From: an uncultured Nitrososphaeraceae archaeon | Lineage (GTDB): Archaea; Thermoproteota; Nitrososphaeria; Nitrososphaerales; Nitrososphaeraceae | Assembly: GCA_963729045.1 (NCBI GenBank) | Contig: CAVSMN010000009.1 | Coordinates: forward strand, 64,001 to 128,000 | Reading direction: 5' to 3' | DNA: 64,000 nt | Part shown: in pieces, positions 31,575 to 41,833 of the stretch | Numbering within the stretch: the first letter of the stretch is position 1 | Layout of the letters: each line of letters opens with the position of its first letter | The notes under the pieces: generated by a model | What the model saw: only the letters and a program-made list of their open reading frames with translations | What the model was told of the DNA's origin: nothing | The model's database searches: none | Made by a program: the position numbers and the translations under genes

Positions 31575-32816
31575 TCAACGTATCATTGCAGAAACTAGCC
31601 TGATATCAGGTTTTACTGAACTAGGAGTAGGAAGAAGATCAGTAATAGATTCAGTAGTTTTAAGTCCGTTACCAGTAACATAACATACTATATTTTCGTC
31701 TTTATCGATTTTATTTTCCTCTATTAGTTTCTTTAAAACACCTACTGCCACACCACCAGCAGGTTCGGTGAATATTCCTTCGGATTTTGCAAGCAATAAA
31801 ATGGCATTTTTAATTTCAGAATCAGTAACTTTTTCCCCTATTCCATTATATTGTCTTAGACGTTTTAGTACATATAATCCGTCACCAGGATCCCCTATTG
31901 CCAAGCTTTTTGCAATAGTATTAGGTTTTTCTACGGGTATAACTTCATTAGATCTATTCTTATAAGCATCAACAATAGGTGCACATCCATTAGGTTGGGC
32001 AGCAATTATCCTTAAATTAGAAATATCAGAAATTAATCCTAGATTCATTATTTCTTCAAATCCTTTACAAATGGCATTCAACATAGCTCCACTTCCTACT
32101 GGAATTACTAGTACATCAGGGACGGTCCAATTCAATTGTTCCAATACTTCAAACGCTAGTGTTTTAGAGCCTTCGACGTAGTAAGGTCGCATATTTATAT
32201 TTACAATTCCATAACCATTAGAATCTCCAATTACTGAAGCAATCCTATTAGCATCATCATAGGTACCATCTACCGCTACAAATTTGCCTCCGTATGACAA
32301 AGCTTGTGCGATTTTAACATCTTCTATGTCAGAGGGGGCGAAAATGTAACAAGGTAAATTTGCCTTTGCTGCATGAGCGGCGGTAGCAGATGCGAGATTT
32401 CCAGTAGATGCACAACCCACGGCAGATAAATTCATCTCTTTAGCTTTTGATACTGCAACCCCTGCTGGCCTATCCTTAAAAGAGAAAGTTGGATTTACAG
32501 AATCGTTTTTAATGTATAAATTCTTAAATCCGCCAAGACTATTACCCAAATTATCTGCTTTTTGTAACGGAGTGATCGCACCATTTAAACTGACTATATT
32601 TTTCTTATCTTCTATCGGAAGAATTTCAAAATATCGCCAATAAGTTAAATCTGAACGACTTTCAAATGTATTCTTAGTAATGGTAGTATCTATTTTATAT
32701 TGGACATCCAATGGCCCAAAGCAATCCTCACAGATATATATAAACCTTGGGGAATACTCTTTATTGCATTCTCTGCATTTTAGTGCACTTATAATTCCCA
32801 TTATTTCTGAATACAA
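31575..32816 (-). CDS. thrC: Threonine synthase-like PLP enzyme with an N-terminal zinc ribbon
   Basis: CREC...CEDC, NPTFSFKDR, ASTGN, EGSKT, PVGSG, EGIFTEPAG, TGNGLK. Confidence 0.9.
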   Translation of the reverse strand: MYSEIMGIISALKCRECNKEYSPRFIYICEDCFGPLDVQYKIDTTITKNTFESRSDLTYWRYFEILPIEDKKNIVSLNGAITPLQKADNLGNSLGGFKNLYIKNDSVNPTFSFKDRPAGVAVSKAKEMNLSAVGCASTGNLASATAAHAAKANLPCYIFAPSDIEDVKIAQALSYGGKFVAVDGTYDDANRIASVIGDSNGYGIVNINMRPYYVEGSKTLAFEVLEQLNWTVPDVLVIPVGSGAMLNAICKGFEEIMNLGLISDISNLRIIAAQPNGCAPIVDAYKNRSNEVIPVEKPNTIAKSLAIGDPGDGLYVLKRLRQYNGIGEKVTDSEIKNAILLLAKSEGIFTEPAGGVAVGVLKKLIEENKIDKDENIVCYVTGNGLKTTESITDLLPTPSSVKPDIRLVSAMIR

Positions 32817-32881
32817 AAGAACAATATGATAGATAAATCTCTCTAAATAATATTTAGTATTACTTAACTATTAGGAATCAA

Positions 32882-33226
32882 TCAGCCTAATTCATTATGA
32901 AAACACGAACGATTTCCTGTATGACAGGCAGGTTTCATAGAATTAACCAGATATAATAATGCATCAGAATCACAATCAACTAATATTTTTTCTACTGGTT
33001 GAATATTCCCCGATTCTTCACCTTTCATCCACAATCTATTATGAGAAGTACTCCAAAAATGTGCATTTCCAGTTTCAACGGTTTTGGTTAAGGCGTACTT
33101 ATTTGCATACCCAAGCATCAAAATATCTTTAGTTCTTATATCTTGAACCACTACAGGGATGATTCCATTTCGTTTTTCAAAATCGATTTTATCTATGGTT
33201 TTTAACAACCTGAAATATTGGATCAA
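32882..33226 (-). CDS. hisI: Phosphoribosyl-AMP cyclohydrolase
   Basis: LWMKGEESGN, DCDSD, ACHTGNRSCF. Confidence 0.95.
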   Translation of the reverse strand: MIQYFRLLKTIDKIDFEKRNGIIPVVVQDIRTKDILMLGYANKYALTKTVETGNAHFWSTSHNRLWMKGEESGNIQPVEKILVDCDSDALLYLVNSMKPACHTGNRSCFHNELG

Positions 33227-33324
33227 AAAGGTATAAGAATTTTCTATAATACTAAAATTTACTCCTAAATCTTTGGGGTATTTTTATTAAATAGTATGAG
33301 ATACTCATTAAAATAAAGACATAA

Positions 33325-34713
33325 TTGTTGCTAATGAATAATTGGAATAAACCTAGTGACGAGAAAACTCTGCATATAGGATTTGATGACACTGATTCAA
33401 TAAATGGAAGATGTACTACTCACCTATCTTATTTAATATCAAATATGTTAATAAGAAAATTTCAGGTAGAATTTGTTGATTTTCCACTATTAATAAGACT
33501 AAATCCTAATGTTCCTCTTAAAACTAGAGGAAATGGTGCAGTCTGTTTAAGAATAAGAGGTAGAAATTATGAAAAAATCAAAGAGGAGATCACTTATACC
33601 ATAGAAAACTATTCCGAATTAGAAAACGGGGCTAATCCGGGTTTAGTTTTTTATGAAGGGAATGGCATTGGCAAAGACTTGACATCGTTTAGTGAAAGTG
33701 CTATGGATACCATATTAAGTAAACAACTAGCCATAAAAATAGCGAATAAGAATGATATGCAATTCAGCATTTTTGGAAAAGGATATGGAATTGTAGGTGC
33801 GCTTGCAGCAACAGGTTGTCTTTTAGATTCGGATCATACATTCGAAACAATTGCATACAGAAGTAAAGAAAATATCGGAACTAGCAGAAAAACAGATAAC
33901 CTTAAAGTAAAAAAATTAAGCGAGCAATCATATCCATATACCTACAATAATTTTGACATTAAAAATAATAGGATACTAATTACCCCTCGTGGGCCTGACC
34001 CAGTGTTTTGTGGTATTAGAGGAGAAGACCCATTTATAACCACATTATTTCTGAAAAACTTGTGTATCGAAGAAGAATTACACGGCTATATGATATTCAG
34101 ATCAAATCAAGGAACGAATTTACATCTAGTCAAAGAGAACAGTGGAATTAACATTAAACCATATACCTCAGGACGTATAACTTGTCAAGTTGTATCTACA
34201 CCATCCGTAATTAATGGTGGACATGTAATATTCAAAATAAAGGACGAGTTTGACAGTATCTTACCAGTTGCGGTTTACCAACCTACAGGTCTAACAAAGA
34301 TTGCAAGCATGTTAATAATTGGAGATAGGATCGAGGTAGGGTATGGCTCACATCTAAAATCAAATAATCAAATTACACTTAACCTAGAATACCTCATAAT
34401 CAAAGAATTAGCAAGAGTGTATAACATTAGAAATCCCACTTGCGAGAAGTGTTCTAAAAATATGAAATCAGAGGGAAAGAATAAAGGATATCAATGTCAT
34501 ATTTGTAAAACAAGAATTAGAAATAGTGTAAAAATGAAGACGGAAAAGGATAGAAAACTAAAGTCGGGTCTATACATTCCGGAACCTATTGCGCATCGAC
34601 ATCTTACCAAACCATCATCCAGGTATGGTATGGAAAAGCGATTTAATAGTATGGAAATAAAGCAGTTGTTAAAAAGTATAAAATGGATAAAAGATAGCGG
34701 GGGGTTGATTTGA
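33325..34713 (+). CDS. tiaS: tRNA(Ile2) agmatinylcytidine synthetase
   Basis: IGFDDTDS..G.CTT, LIRLNPNVP.KTRGN, PDPVFCGIRG, SNQGT, GGHV, zinc ribbon, RHLTKP. Confidence 0.93.
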   Translation: MLLMNNWNKPSDEKTLHIGFDDTDSINGRCTTHLSYLISNMLIRKFQVEFVDFPLLIRLNPNVPLKTRGNGAVCLRIRGRNYEKIKEEITYTIENYSELENGANPGLVFYEGNGIGKDLTSFSESAMDTILSKQLAIKIANKNDMQFSIFGKGYGIVGALAATGCLLDSDHTFETIAYRSKENIGTSRKTDNLKVKKLSEQSYPYTYNNFDIKNNRILITPRGPDPVFCGIRGEDPFITTLFLKNLCIEEELHGYMIFRSNQGTNLHLVKENSGINIKPYTSGRITCQVVSTPSVINGGHVIFKIKDEFDSILPVAVYQPTGLTKIASMLIIGDRIEVGYGSHLKSNNQITLNLEYLIIKELARVYNIRNPTCEKCSKNMKSEGKNKGYQCHICKTRIRNSVKMKTEKDRKLKSGLYIPEPIAHRHLTKPSSRYGMEKRFNSMEIKQLLKSIKWIKDSGGLI

Positions 34714-34811
34714 ACTTACGGCTGGCTTTAAAGGCACAGAAACCGCTCTGCGGGTTATGAGCCCGCCGGGATAACCTAGCCCCTAAAAAGGTCTGGCTTC
34801 CCCACCCCGCT
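34695..34811 (-). tRNA. Initiator tRNA-Met(CAT) with two non-canonical introns (18/19 at 34776-34792; 52/53 at 34716-34740)
   Basis: A1:U72 acceptor AGCGGGG/CCCCGCT, anticodon stem GCGGG/CCCGC, loop CT-CAT-AA. Both inserts have 4-bp helices flanked by 3-nt bulges. Confidence 0.9.
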
Positions 34812-35244
34812 AAATAATATTGGTAATATAAGGAGTATATATACGGTATAGATGAATGAATTGAATCGAGACCAAGCAAAAGGCAAAGAGATTCATTTCC
34901 GGTTTTTTATTTGCGAGACTATGTCTTGTTAGTTTATTATAAGCATATCAAAATTATTTGATACAAGTGCATTATTCTAATTACAACATACGAATTTGAA
35001 TAAAATAAAACACATAGTTAAAACGTTTAAAGTGCACTACAAACTAACTGTCGTGTTGCTATTCTGAAATATCTATTTGATAAGACGTCAACAATTAATT
35101 AGTTTATTATCGTAACTTTGTCATCTTTCATGGCCAAATAATCACTGCATTTGTTAAAGGAGTATATGATCATCTTAAAGTCACATTAGTTATAGGCAAT
35201 GGAAAAGGCTTGGATAGGAATAAAAAAGAAACTTAAGTTTCTAG

Positions 35245-35363
35245 TGCGGGAGATGGGATTTGAACCCACGGACCCCTAAGAGATGAGGTATCTCAATTAT
35301 CCTGGTTTCTGAGCTTCGTGTTTTAAACATCTCACGCCTTTGACCAGGCTTGGCAACTCCCGC
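35245..35363 (-). tRNA. tRNA-Leu(CAG) with two introns (30/31 at 35315-35330; 37/38 at 35290-35307)
   Basis: Acceptor GCGGGAG/CTCCCGC-A, Leu-type D-arm, long variable arm. The spliced anticodon arm is TGAGG-CTCAGAA-CCTCA; the anticodon depends on the inferred splice sites. Confidence 0.82.
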
Positions 35364-35414
35364 ATAAAATATTTTTAAAAAGCCCAACATATATTCTAAT
35401 AAAAAATGAAAAGA

Positions 35415-36341
35415 TCATTCCATTTCAGCTCCACCGACAAGATTTACGAAAATATCATCTAATGTGATAGGAGATACAGAAAATGACAAATTATTACGAA
35501 CCAAAATATCAGATATTTCTCTTAGATGATGCTCAAAAGTAAATAATCTTATAGAGTCAGAACTCATACTAATTGTCTTCCCAAAAGAATTAATGAAGTT
35601 TCTTAAATCATAAACATTATAATCCTTTGATATGTTAATGTCAATCCTTATTTGATAATTTAGAGTATTTCTCAAATCGTTCATGTTGCCTCTAGAAACA
35701 ACCCTACCTTCATCAATAATGAATATGGAATCAGACAACATTTCGGCTTCGTCCATATAATGAGTAGTCAAAATAATTGTTATTCCTTTATTTTTCCAAT
35801 CTTTTATGATAGACCATACCTGTCGTCGTGATACTGGATCCAAACCTATAGTAGGTTCATCCAAAAATAGCAAAGGTGATTCAGTTGCCATGGCCATCCC
35901 AACTAAAATTTTCTGTTTCATTCCTCCCGATAGATTCAACGCAGGAATATCTTTTGCAGAAAAGAGATCAAGTCTTTGTAATATGTCAGATGTTTTCTGC
36001 GATGCGGACTCTTTCTTTTCGCCTCGTATCCTCAGCCAATTATAAATATGATCCCACGGAGTTAATGCGCGTAAGGGTCTTCCTTCCTGTGGAACTATAG
36101 AAATTTTTTGACGTATTTTTTCTGGAGACTGGAGTATATCGTCACCGAACACTAATATCTTTCCAGATGTGGGTAACAATTGAGTAGAACAAATACGTAT
36201 AAAGGTAGTTTTTCCGGCCCCATTTCTTCCCAATAATGTAGATATCTTTCCTTTTTCGATTTGTAAAGAGATATCATTTAATGCCTTTTTATTGGAATTT
36301 TTGTATATTTTACTTACATTAAAAGATTCTATTGCTATCAT
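35415..36341 (-). CDS. ABC-2-type (DrrA-like) exporter ATP-binding subunit
   Basis: GRNGAGKTT, LSGGMKQK, LFLDEPTIGLDP, LTTHYMDEAE. Confidence 0.92.
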   Translation of the reverse strand: MIAIESFNVSKIYKNSNKKALNDISLQIEKGKISTLLGRNGAGKTTFIRICSTQLLPTSGKILVFGDDILQSPEKIRQKISIVPQEGRPLRALTPWDHIYNWLRIRGEKKESASQKTSDILQRLDLFSAKDIPALNLSGGMKQKILVGMAMATESPLLFLDEPTIGLDPVSRRQVWSIIKDWKNKGITIILTTHYMDEAEMLSDSIFIIDEGRVVSRGNMNDLRNTLNYQIRIDINISKDYNVYDLRNFINSFGKTISMSSDSIRLFTFEHHLREISDILVRNNLSFSVSPITLDDIFVNLVGGAEME

Positions 36342-36376
36342 ATAGTATTGATCTAAATTTGTACGAAAAATAGTTT

Positions 36377-37510
36377 TTATAGTTCATTTTTTTTGAATTC
36401 CTTTGACAAATCTTTTAATAGATTTTTTTGGGTATCATTAATCTTATCAGGCAATTTTACTTCGATTTTTACGTATTGGCTCCCTCTTCCAAATTTTCCA
36501 TATCTTGGCAAACCTTTTCCTTTGATTTTAAAAACAGCATTAGCTTTGGTACAAGCAGGAATTTTCAATTTTTCAGTTCCATCTATGGTTGGAACCCTTG
36601 TTTCCGTTCCTAATATCAAGTCAATAAATGAAACATCATAATTATACATCAAATCTCCATCATCAAGTACTTTAAAAAGTTGATGCGGGAGTACATGTAC
36701 ACGTACCAATAAATCACCATTCATTCCACCTTGAATACTTTCTCCTTTTCCAGAAATTCTTAGTGTTACTCCGTCCTCAACACCAGAGGGTATATCGATC
36801 TTTAGATTATTTGTTTTTCTAACTTTACCATTACCATGACAAGTATTACAAGGTTTTTCTATTATTTTACCTTCTCCGTGGCAGGTATTACAGGTATCTA
36901 ACGAAATAAAGGTGGAAAACTGATTTTGGTTATAAACTCTGCGGGTTTGTCCTTGGCCGTTACATGTAGGACAAATTTTTGGTGAAGTTCCTGGGGAAGC
37001 ACCTGTCCCCGAACAAACCGAACAGTCTTCGATTGTTGGAATTTGTATCTCTTCCTTCTTACCTTTAACTACTTCCTCTAAAGTCATGTCTACGTCATAC
37101 AGTAAATCTCTGCCTCTTTGTCTTCTGTTTGAGGTTCTGGAATTGAAGCTAAATGGATCATTATTAAAACCACCGCCTCTACCGCCGCCCATTCTACCAA
37201 AAATCTGTTCAAAAATATCGCCTACATTACCAAAGCCAATATCTTTAAAAATTTCTGCGAAATTGTCTTCAGATCCCCTAAATACTTCCTCATTACCCAC
37301 ATGACCGTATGTATCATATCGTTTACGTTTCTCCTGATCGGATAGTACAGCATATGCTTCAGAAATTTCTTTGAATTTTTCTTCTGCTTCAGGCGATTTA
37401 TTACGATCGGGGTGATATTTTAACGCAAGTTTTCTATATACAGATTTTAACTCATCCTTAGTAACAGTTTTTTGAACTCCAAGTACATCATAATAATCTT
37501 TTTTACTCAT
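36377..37510 (-). CDS. dnaJ: Chaperone DnaJ
   Basis: J-domain HPD, G/F region, four CxxCxGxG repeats. Confidence 0.97.
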   Translation of the reverse strand: MSKKDYYDVLGVQKTVTKDELKSVYRKLALKYHPDRNKSPEAEEKFKEISEAYAVLSDQEKRKRYDTYGHVGNEEVFRGSEDNFAEIFKDIGFGNVGDIFEQIFGRMGGGRGGGFNNDPFSFNSRTSNRRQRGRDLLYDVDMTLEEVVKGKKEEIQIPTIEDCSVCSGTGASPGTSPKICPTCNGQGQTRRVYNQNQFSTFISLDTCNTCHGEGKIIEKPCNTCHGNGKVRKTNNLKIDIPSGVEDGVTLRISGKGESIQGGMNGDLLVRVHVLPHQLFKVLDDGDLMYNYDVSFIDLILGTETRVPTIDGTEKLKIPACTKANAVFKIKGKGLPRYGKFGRGSQYVKIEVKLPDKINDTQKNLLKDLSKEFKKNEL

Positions 37511-37552
37511 AACAAATCACAAAAATAATTAAGTGTGGAATTATTCTCTTAA

Positions 37553-39467
37553 TCAAGTATTATTTGATTTATTGGCGGCGGTGGCGTCTTCCGCAGCAGC
37601 AGCAGACTTAGGATCGTTATTTTCAGGATTTTGATTAAAAGTTACTATCACTTGGAGGTGGAGTATCAGACCCCACATCCCCTGGGTTTGAAGCGTTAGC
37701 AGCATTTTGTTGAACGGCCTGATATGCAGCTGTACTTATTTCAGCTAATGCGTTCTTTAAATCAGTTATTTTTGTTTTTATGGCGTCCACATTATTGGCT
37801 GTTATCGATTCTTTTAATTCCTGGATTGATTTATTTACTTTATCCTTTTGTTCTGGAGTTACTTTATCTTTTAAGTCTTGATTAATCAATTTTTCTGCAG
37901 AATATAGTAAATTGTCTGATTCATTTTTTAATTCTGCTTCTTCTCGTTTCTTTTTATCTACTTCAGCAAATGCATCCGAATCTTTCTTTAATTTTTCGAT
38001 TTCTTCTTTAGATAATTTAGAGCTTGCAGATATAGTAATCTTTGATTCTTTGGATGTAGCAAGATCTTTGGCGGTCACGTTCAAAATTCCGTTGGTATCG
38101 ATATCAAATGTGACCTCTATTTGTGGAACACTTCTGGGAGCAGGAGGTATACCCGACAAATTAAACATGCCTAGTGAAACACAATCAGAAGCCATAGTTC
38201 TCTCACCCTGGACTACATGGATTGTTACTGCGGTCTGATAATCTGCAGCGGTAGTGAATACCTTACTCTTTTTGGTAGGAATAGTAGTATTTCGTTCAAT
38301 TAGAGTTTCTTTAAGTCCACCCATAACCTCCACACCAAGAGTCAAAGGAGTAACATCAACCAACAAAATATCAGTAGATACTTCACCTGAAATTATTGCA
38401 CCTTGAATTGCAGCTCCCAACGCAACTGCTTCCATTGGATCAACACCACGTTCAGGTTCTTTGTTCATGACAGATTTTACAAATTCTCTTACTATTGGCA
38501 TTCGAGTAGGGCCCCCAACCAAAACTATTTTTTCGATATCTGAAGCTGACAATTTTGCATCCTTGATAGATTGTAGCATTGGATTTCTACATCGTTCTAC
38601 TACAGGACGCAATAATTCCTCCAATTTTGCTCTATTCAAAGGAATGGCAAAGTTCTTTGGACCAGTAGATTGATCGTATGCCAAAAATGGTAGGTTTATT
38701 TCCGTGGTGACTATATTTGATAATTCGATTTTTGCCTTTTCTGCAGCTTCTCTAACCCTCATCATCGCTGCTTTATCATTTTTGATGTCTATTCCAGATT
38801 GGTTTTTAAATTCATTTACAAGATAATCTATCAAAATATTATCCATATCTGTGCCACCAAGTTGAGTATCACCTGAAGTGCTCTTTACCTCAAATACACC
38901 ACCACCCATTTCCATAATGGTAACATCTAAGGTCCCTCCTCCAAAATCAAAGACCATAATTTTAAGATCATGGTGGACTTTATCTAATCCAAATGCTAGT
39001 GAAGCAGCGGTGGGTTCATTAATTATCCTTACTACTTCTAGTCCGGCAATTTCTCCAGCATCTTTTGTTGCTTGTCTCTGATTGTCATTAAAGTAAGCAG
39101 GAACAGTAATTACAGCTTTATCGACCGTATCGCCAAGAAATGCTTCAGCATCCTTCTTGATTTTTTGAAGAATAAATGCAGATACTTGTTGTGGAGTATA
39201 TTCTTTCCCCAATGCTTTAAATTTGTAATCAGTACCCATTTTCCTTTTAGCGGCAATAACAGTTCCCTCAGGATTTGAAAGCATTTGACGTCTGGCAGGT
39301 TCCCCAACCATTAATTGACCATCTTGCGAAAATGCAACTACTGATGGAAAGGCTTTCCCTCCTATTGAGGCGCCTTCAGCAGCTTGTATTATAACTGGCT
39401 TTCCACCGATCAAAGAAGCAGCGGCAGAATTACTAGTTCCTAAATCAATTCCTATTATTTTTCCCAT
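37553..39467 (-). CDS. dnaK: Chaperone DnaK (Hsp70); the C-terminal tail probably extends past an indel at ~37638
   Basis: [35 protein letters not shown]. The called ORF ends at 37635; removing one base extends it to a TGA at 37553. Confidence 0.95.
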
Positions 39468-40121
39468 TTAAACTTCATCTCCTTTTGTATCCTCTTTATT
39501 ATCATTATCGATATTTTTAATTATCTTTTTGGAAACCTCCACTAAACTCGGACGAAGGACACGATCATTTAATAAATAACCCTTCCTAATTTCCTTAGTA
39601 ATAATATTTTCTTCCGCATCATCTTCAACATAAGAAAATCCTATAATTTCATGAAAGTTAGGATCAAAGACACTATTCAAAGCTTTTATTTCTAAAACAT
39701 TTTCTTTTTCTAAAAAGAGATCAATATTTTTTAGTATATTCGTCAATCCTTCGAGAATTGAAATATCAACTTTATGGTGCTTTAATGTATCTAATGCACG
39801 CATAAAATCTTCGCGTAAATTAACCACGGTTGACAAGATATCGGCCTTCACTGAAAGTATCCTCAAGGCATTTTGTTTTTCAATATTTTTTCTATAATTA
39901 TCGAAATCTGCTAAACTATATTTTAATTTGTTAAATGTGTCGTCATACAATTTTCGATAGTGTTCCAAATCGTCTCTTGTTTCCTTTAATTCGGCAGCCA
40001 TATCTTCAATGGATAATTCAGTTTTTAAATTTTCATTAGATTCATTAGTGTTATCATCTAATAACAGATAATCATTATTTTGATCATTTTTTACTTGATC
40101 TTTGTTTTTAGTTTTATCCAT
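39468..40121 (-). CDS. grpE: Nucleotide exchange factor GrpE
   Basis: ADFDNYRK, FDPNFHE, KGYLLNDRVLRPSLV. Confidence 0.95.
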   Translation of the reverse strand: MDKTKNKDQVKNDQNNDYLLLDDNTNESNENLKTELSIEDMAAELKETRDDLEHYRKLYDDTFNKLKYSLADFDNYRKNIEKQNALRILSVKADILSTVVNLREDFMRALDTLKHHKVDISILEGLTNILKNIDLFLEKENVLEIKALNSVFDPNFHEIIGFSYVEDDAEENIITKEIRKGYLLNDRVLRPSLVEVSKKIIKNIDNDNKEDTKGDEV

Positions 40122-40230
40122 AATAATAAATTTGGTTAAATCTAATAATTACATATCGATTATAGTGAACCCGGAAGCAAAGAAAATAGGATAAGAATAT
40201 TTTGCATCCAGTTGATATCGCGATTTGCAA

Positions 40231-40662
40231 TCAAGCATAATTACTTTTTATAGAAGATCTGGCACCGCAAGCTTCACATATCATAAAGCCTAACTTTTTA
40301 ATTTTTTCTGTCCTAGTATCTGGGCTACCGCAAACAGGACAAATAACATAGTCCTTTACATATCGATCTATCAAACCTCCGAATGAGGATATAGGTTTTC
40401 TGCCCAAAAAAATAACCCGTTCACCAGTAATATATCCTGCAGATGCTAATTCCTTATTTAAATATAGTAATAATTTTTCAGGATCACGTCTTAATGCCTT
40501 TGGAAAATCCATGAAATTTCTAAAAATTGTTCGTTGGCCAACCCATATTACTCTTGGAACAGGAACTTCAAGTCTGGCAACTTCTTTCTTTACCACATTT
40601 CCCAGTTTATTTTGTAACCTATCTAACAAGGATATATAACCAGATTCATCTTGGATTGACAT
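40231..40662 (-). CDS. eif2b: Translation initiation factor 2 beta subunit (aIF2-beta)
   Basis: TIFRNF, LRRDP, YVICPVCGSPDT, CEACGA. Confidence 0.94.
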   Translation of the reverse strand: MSIQDESGYISLLDRLQNKLGNVVKKEVARLEVPVPRVIWVGQRTIFRNFMDFPKALRRDPEKLLLYLNKELASAGYITGERVIFLGRKPISSFGGLIDRYVKDYVICPVCGSPDTRTEKIKKLGFMICEACGARSSIKSNYA

Positions 40663-41148
40663 GTTATAGATTACAACAGACCAATTAATGTACGTTGTGA
40701 ATAATAGATCTCTTGCGTAAATAGCAGAAGTTAGCAGTCAGGTAAACACCTTGATGCTTTCTTTCTGTAAATCTTTTATCTTTTATAACTTGATTAACAT
40801 ATTATCCAAGTATATAGTATATAATCGTGGGATTGGATGATGTGAATTTTATTATCGGTATTAATTTGTAATTTTTTGAGAAAAGATAACCTGTGTCGTT
40901 TGAGACACATTCTCTAAATTAATTTTCCTTAATATATCTATATACGGTTCCATTCATAAGCAAATCAAACGGTCAACAACATATTCAACCTCATTTGTAA
41001 GACAATATCGTTTGATTTTTCTTCTTGTATTATCCTTTAATATTATTTAGACAAATTACATATATTCACACATATCTTTTCATAAAAGCTGTTTGGACAT
41101 TACACAAGAGATCTAATAATTAATTTAAATAATTAACAAGTAATAAGA

Positions 41149-41763
41149 TCAGAATACCGATCTATACCCGGATGTATTATTTTGAATTATCCAATCAACA
41201 AATGGATGCAAAGTGTTATAAGGTAAATCAGCAGATTTTTCCACGTTATAGCTTAACATAACCATCCGATTTAACAATAAACTATGTAATTTTTTATCTA
41301 ATTGATCTCTTTTAAAAGGATCATAAATTTCAAAAAAACATTTTTGTCTGTAGTATGAAATATGGTGAGCATAACAATACATAAGCAAAGTAGGGTCTCG
41401 GCTAATCCTTTTATTTATCTCCCTTTCTTCAAATGCAGGGTTATTTTGCATTTCAACATAAATTTGAAGAACCCTTCTTTGATAATTTTCTTTTATCAAT
41501 TCAATATTAGACGGAGATATGTTTTTTGATAGAAAAATGTCACGCTTTAGTTGATCAATAGTTTTTCGTGTGATATCTTTTGCCGATAACACATCTAAAT
41601 CATTTTTGACTCCAAAATCTTTTCCGAAGAGAAAAAAAATTCCTAAAATTTCATGTTGATCGACGAATGGAAAGTCCAAATCGCCATCAAGAAATTTTGA
41701 TAATCTTTCGTAAATGTTACCAGGCAAAAAGAATCCCATATAGGAATCAGAAACTATAGTCAA
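41149..41763 (-). CDS. Hypothetical protein
   Basis: 204-aa ORF; no family recognised. Confidence 0.7.
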   Translation of the reverse strand: MTIVSDSYMGFFLPGNIYERLSKFLDGDLDFPFVDQHEILGIFFLFGKDFGVKNDLDVLSAKDITRKTIDQLKRDIFLSKNISPSNIELIKENYQRRVLQIYVEMQNNPAFEEREINKRISRDPTLLMYCYAHHISYYRQKCFFEIYDPFKRDQLDKKLHSLLLNRMVMLSYNVEKSADLPYNTLHPFVDWIIQNNTSGYRSVF

Positions 41764-41833
41764 GGCAATTGAAGAGGTAGGTGTATATAATAAATATTTT
41801 TTCGTGTTAGTATTGGTTGTTTATATAAAGTCA

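Noticed and set aside
34695..34811. The CAU tRNA next to tiaS being tRNA-Ile2, the TiaS substrate
   Set aside because: A1:U72 and the GGG/CCC anticodon stem identify it as initiator Met.
34643..34879. 78-aa minus-strand ORF
   Set aside because: It reads through the initiator tRNA gene; spurious.
34820..35240. 420-bp spacer between two tRNAs as an ncRNA or integrated element
   Set aside because: No clear structure, duplicated tRNA end (att site) or integrase was recognised.
40680..41140. Long intergenic region near mcm as a replication origin or IS remnant
   Set aside because: No ORB-like repeats, no cdc6/orc1, no terminal inverted repeats and no convincing transposase motifs were seen.
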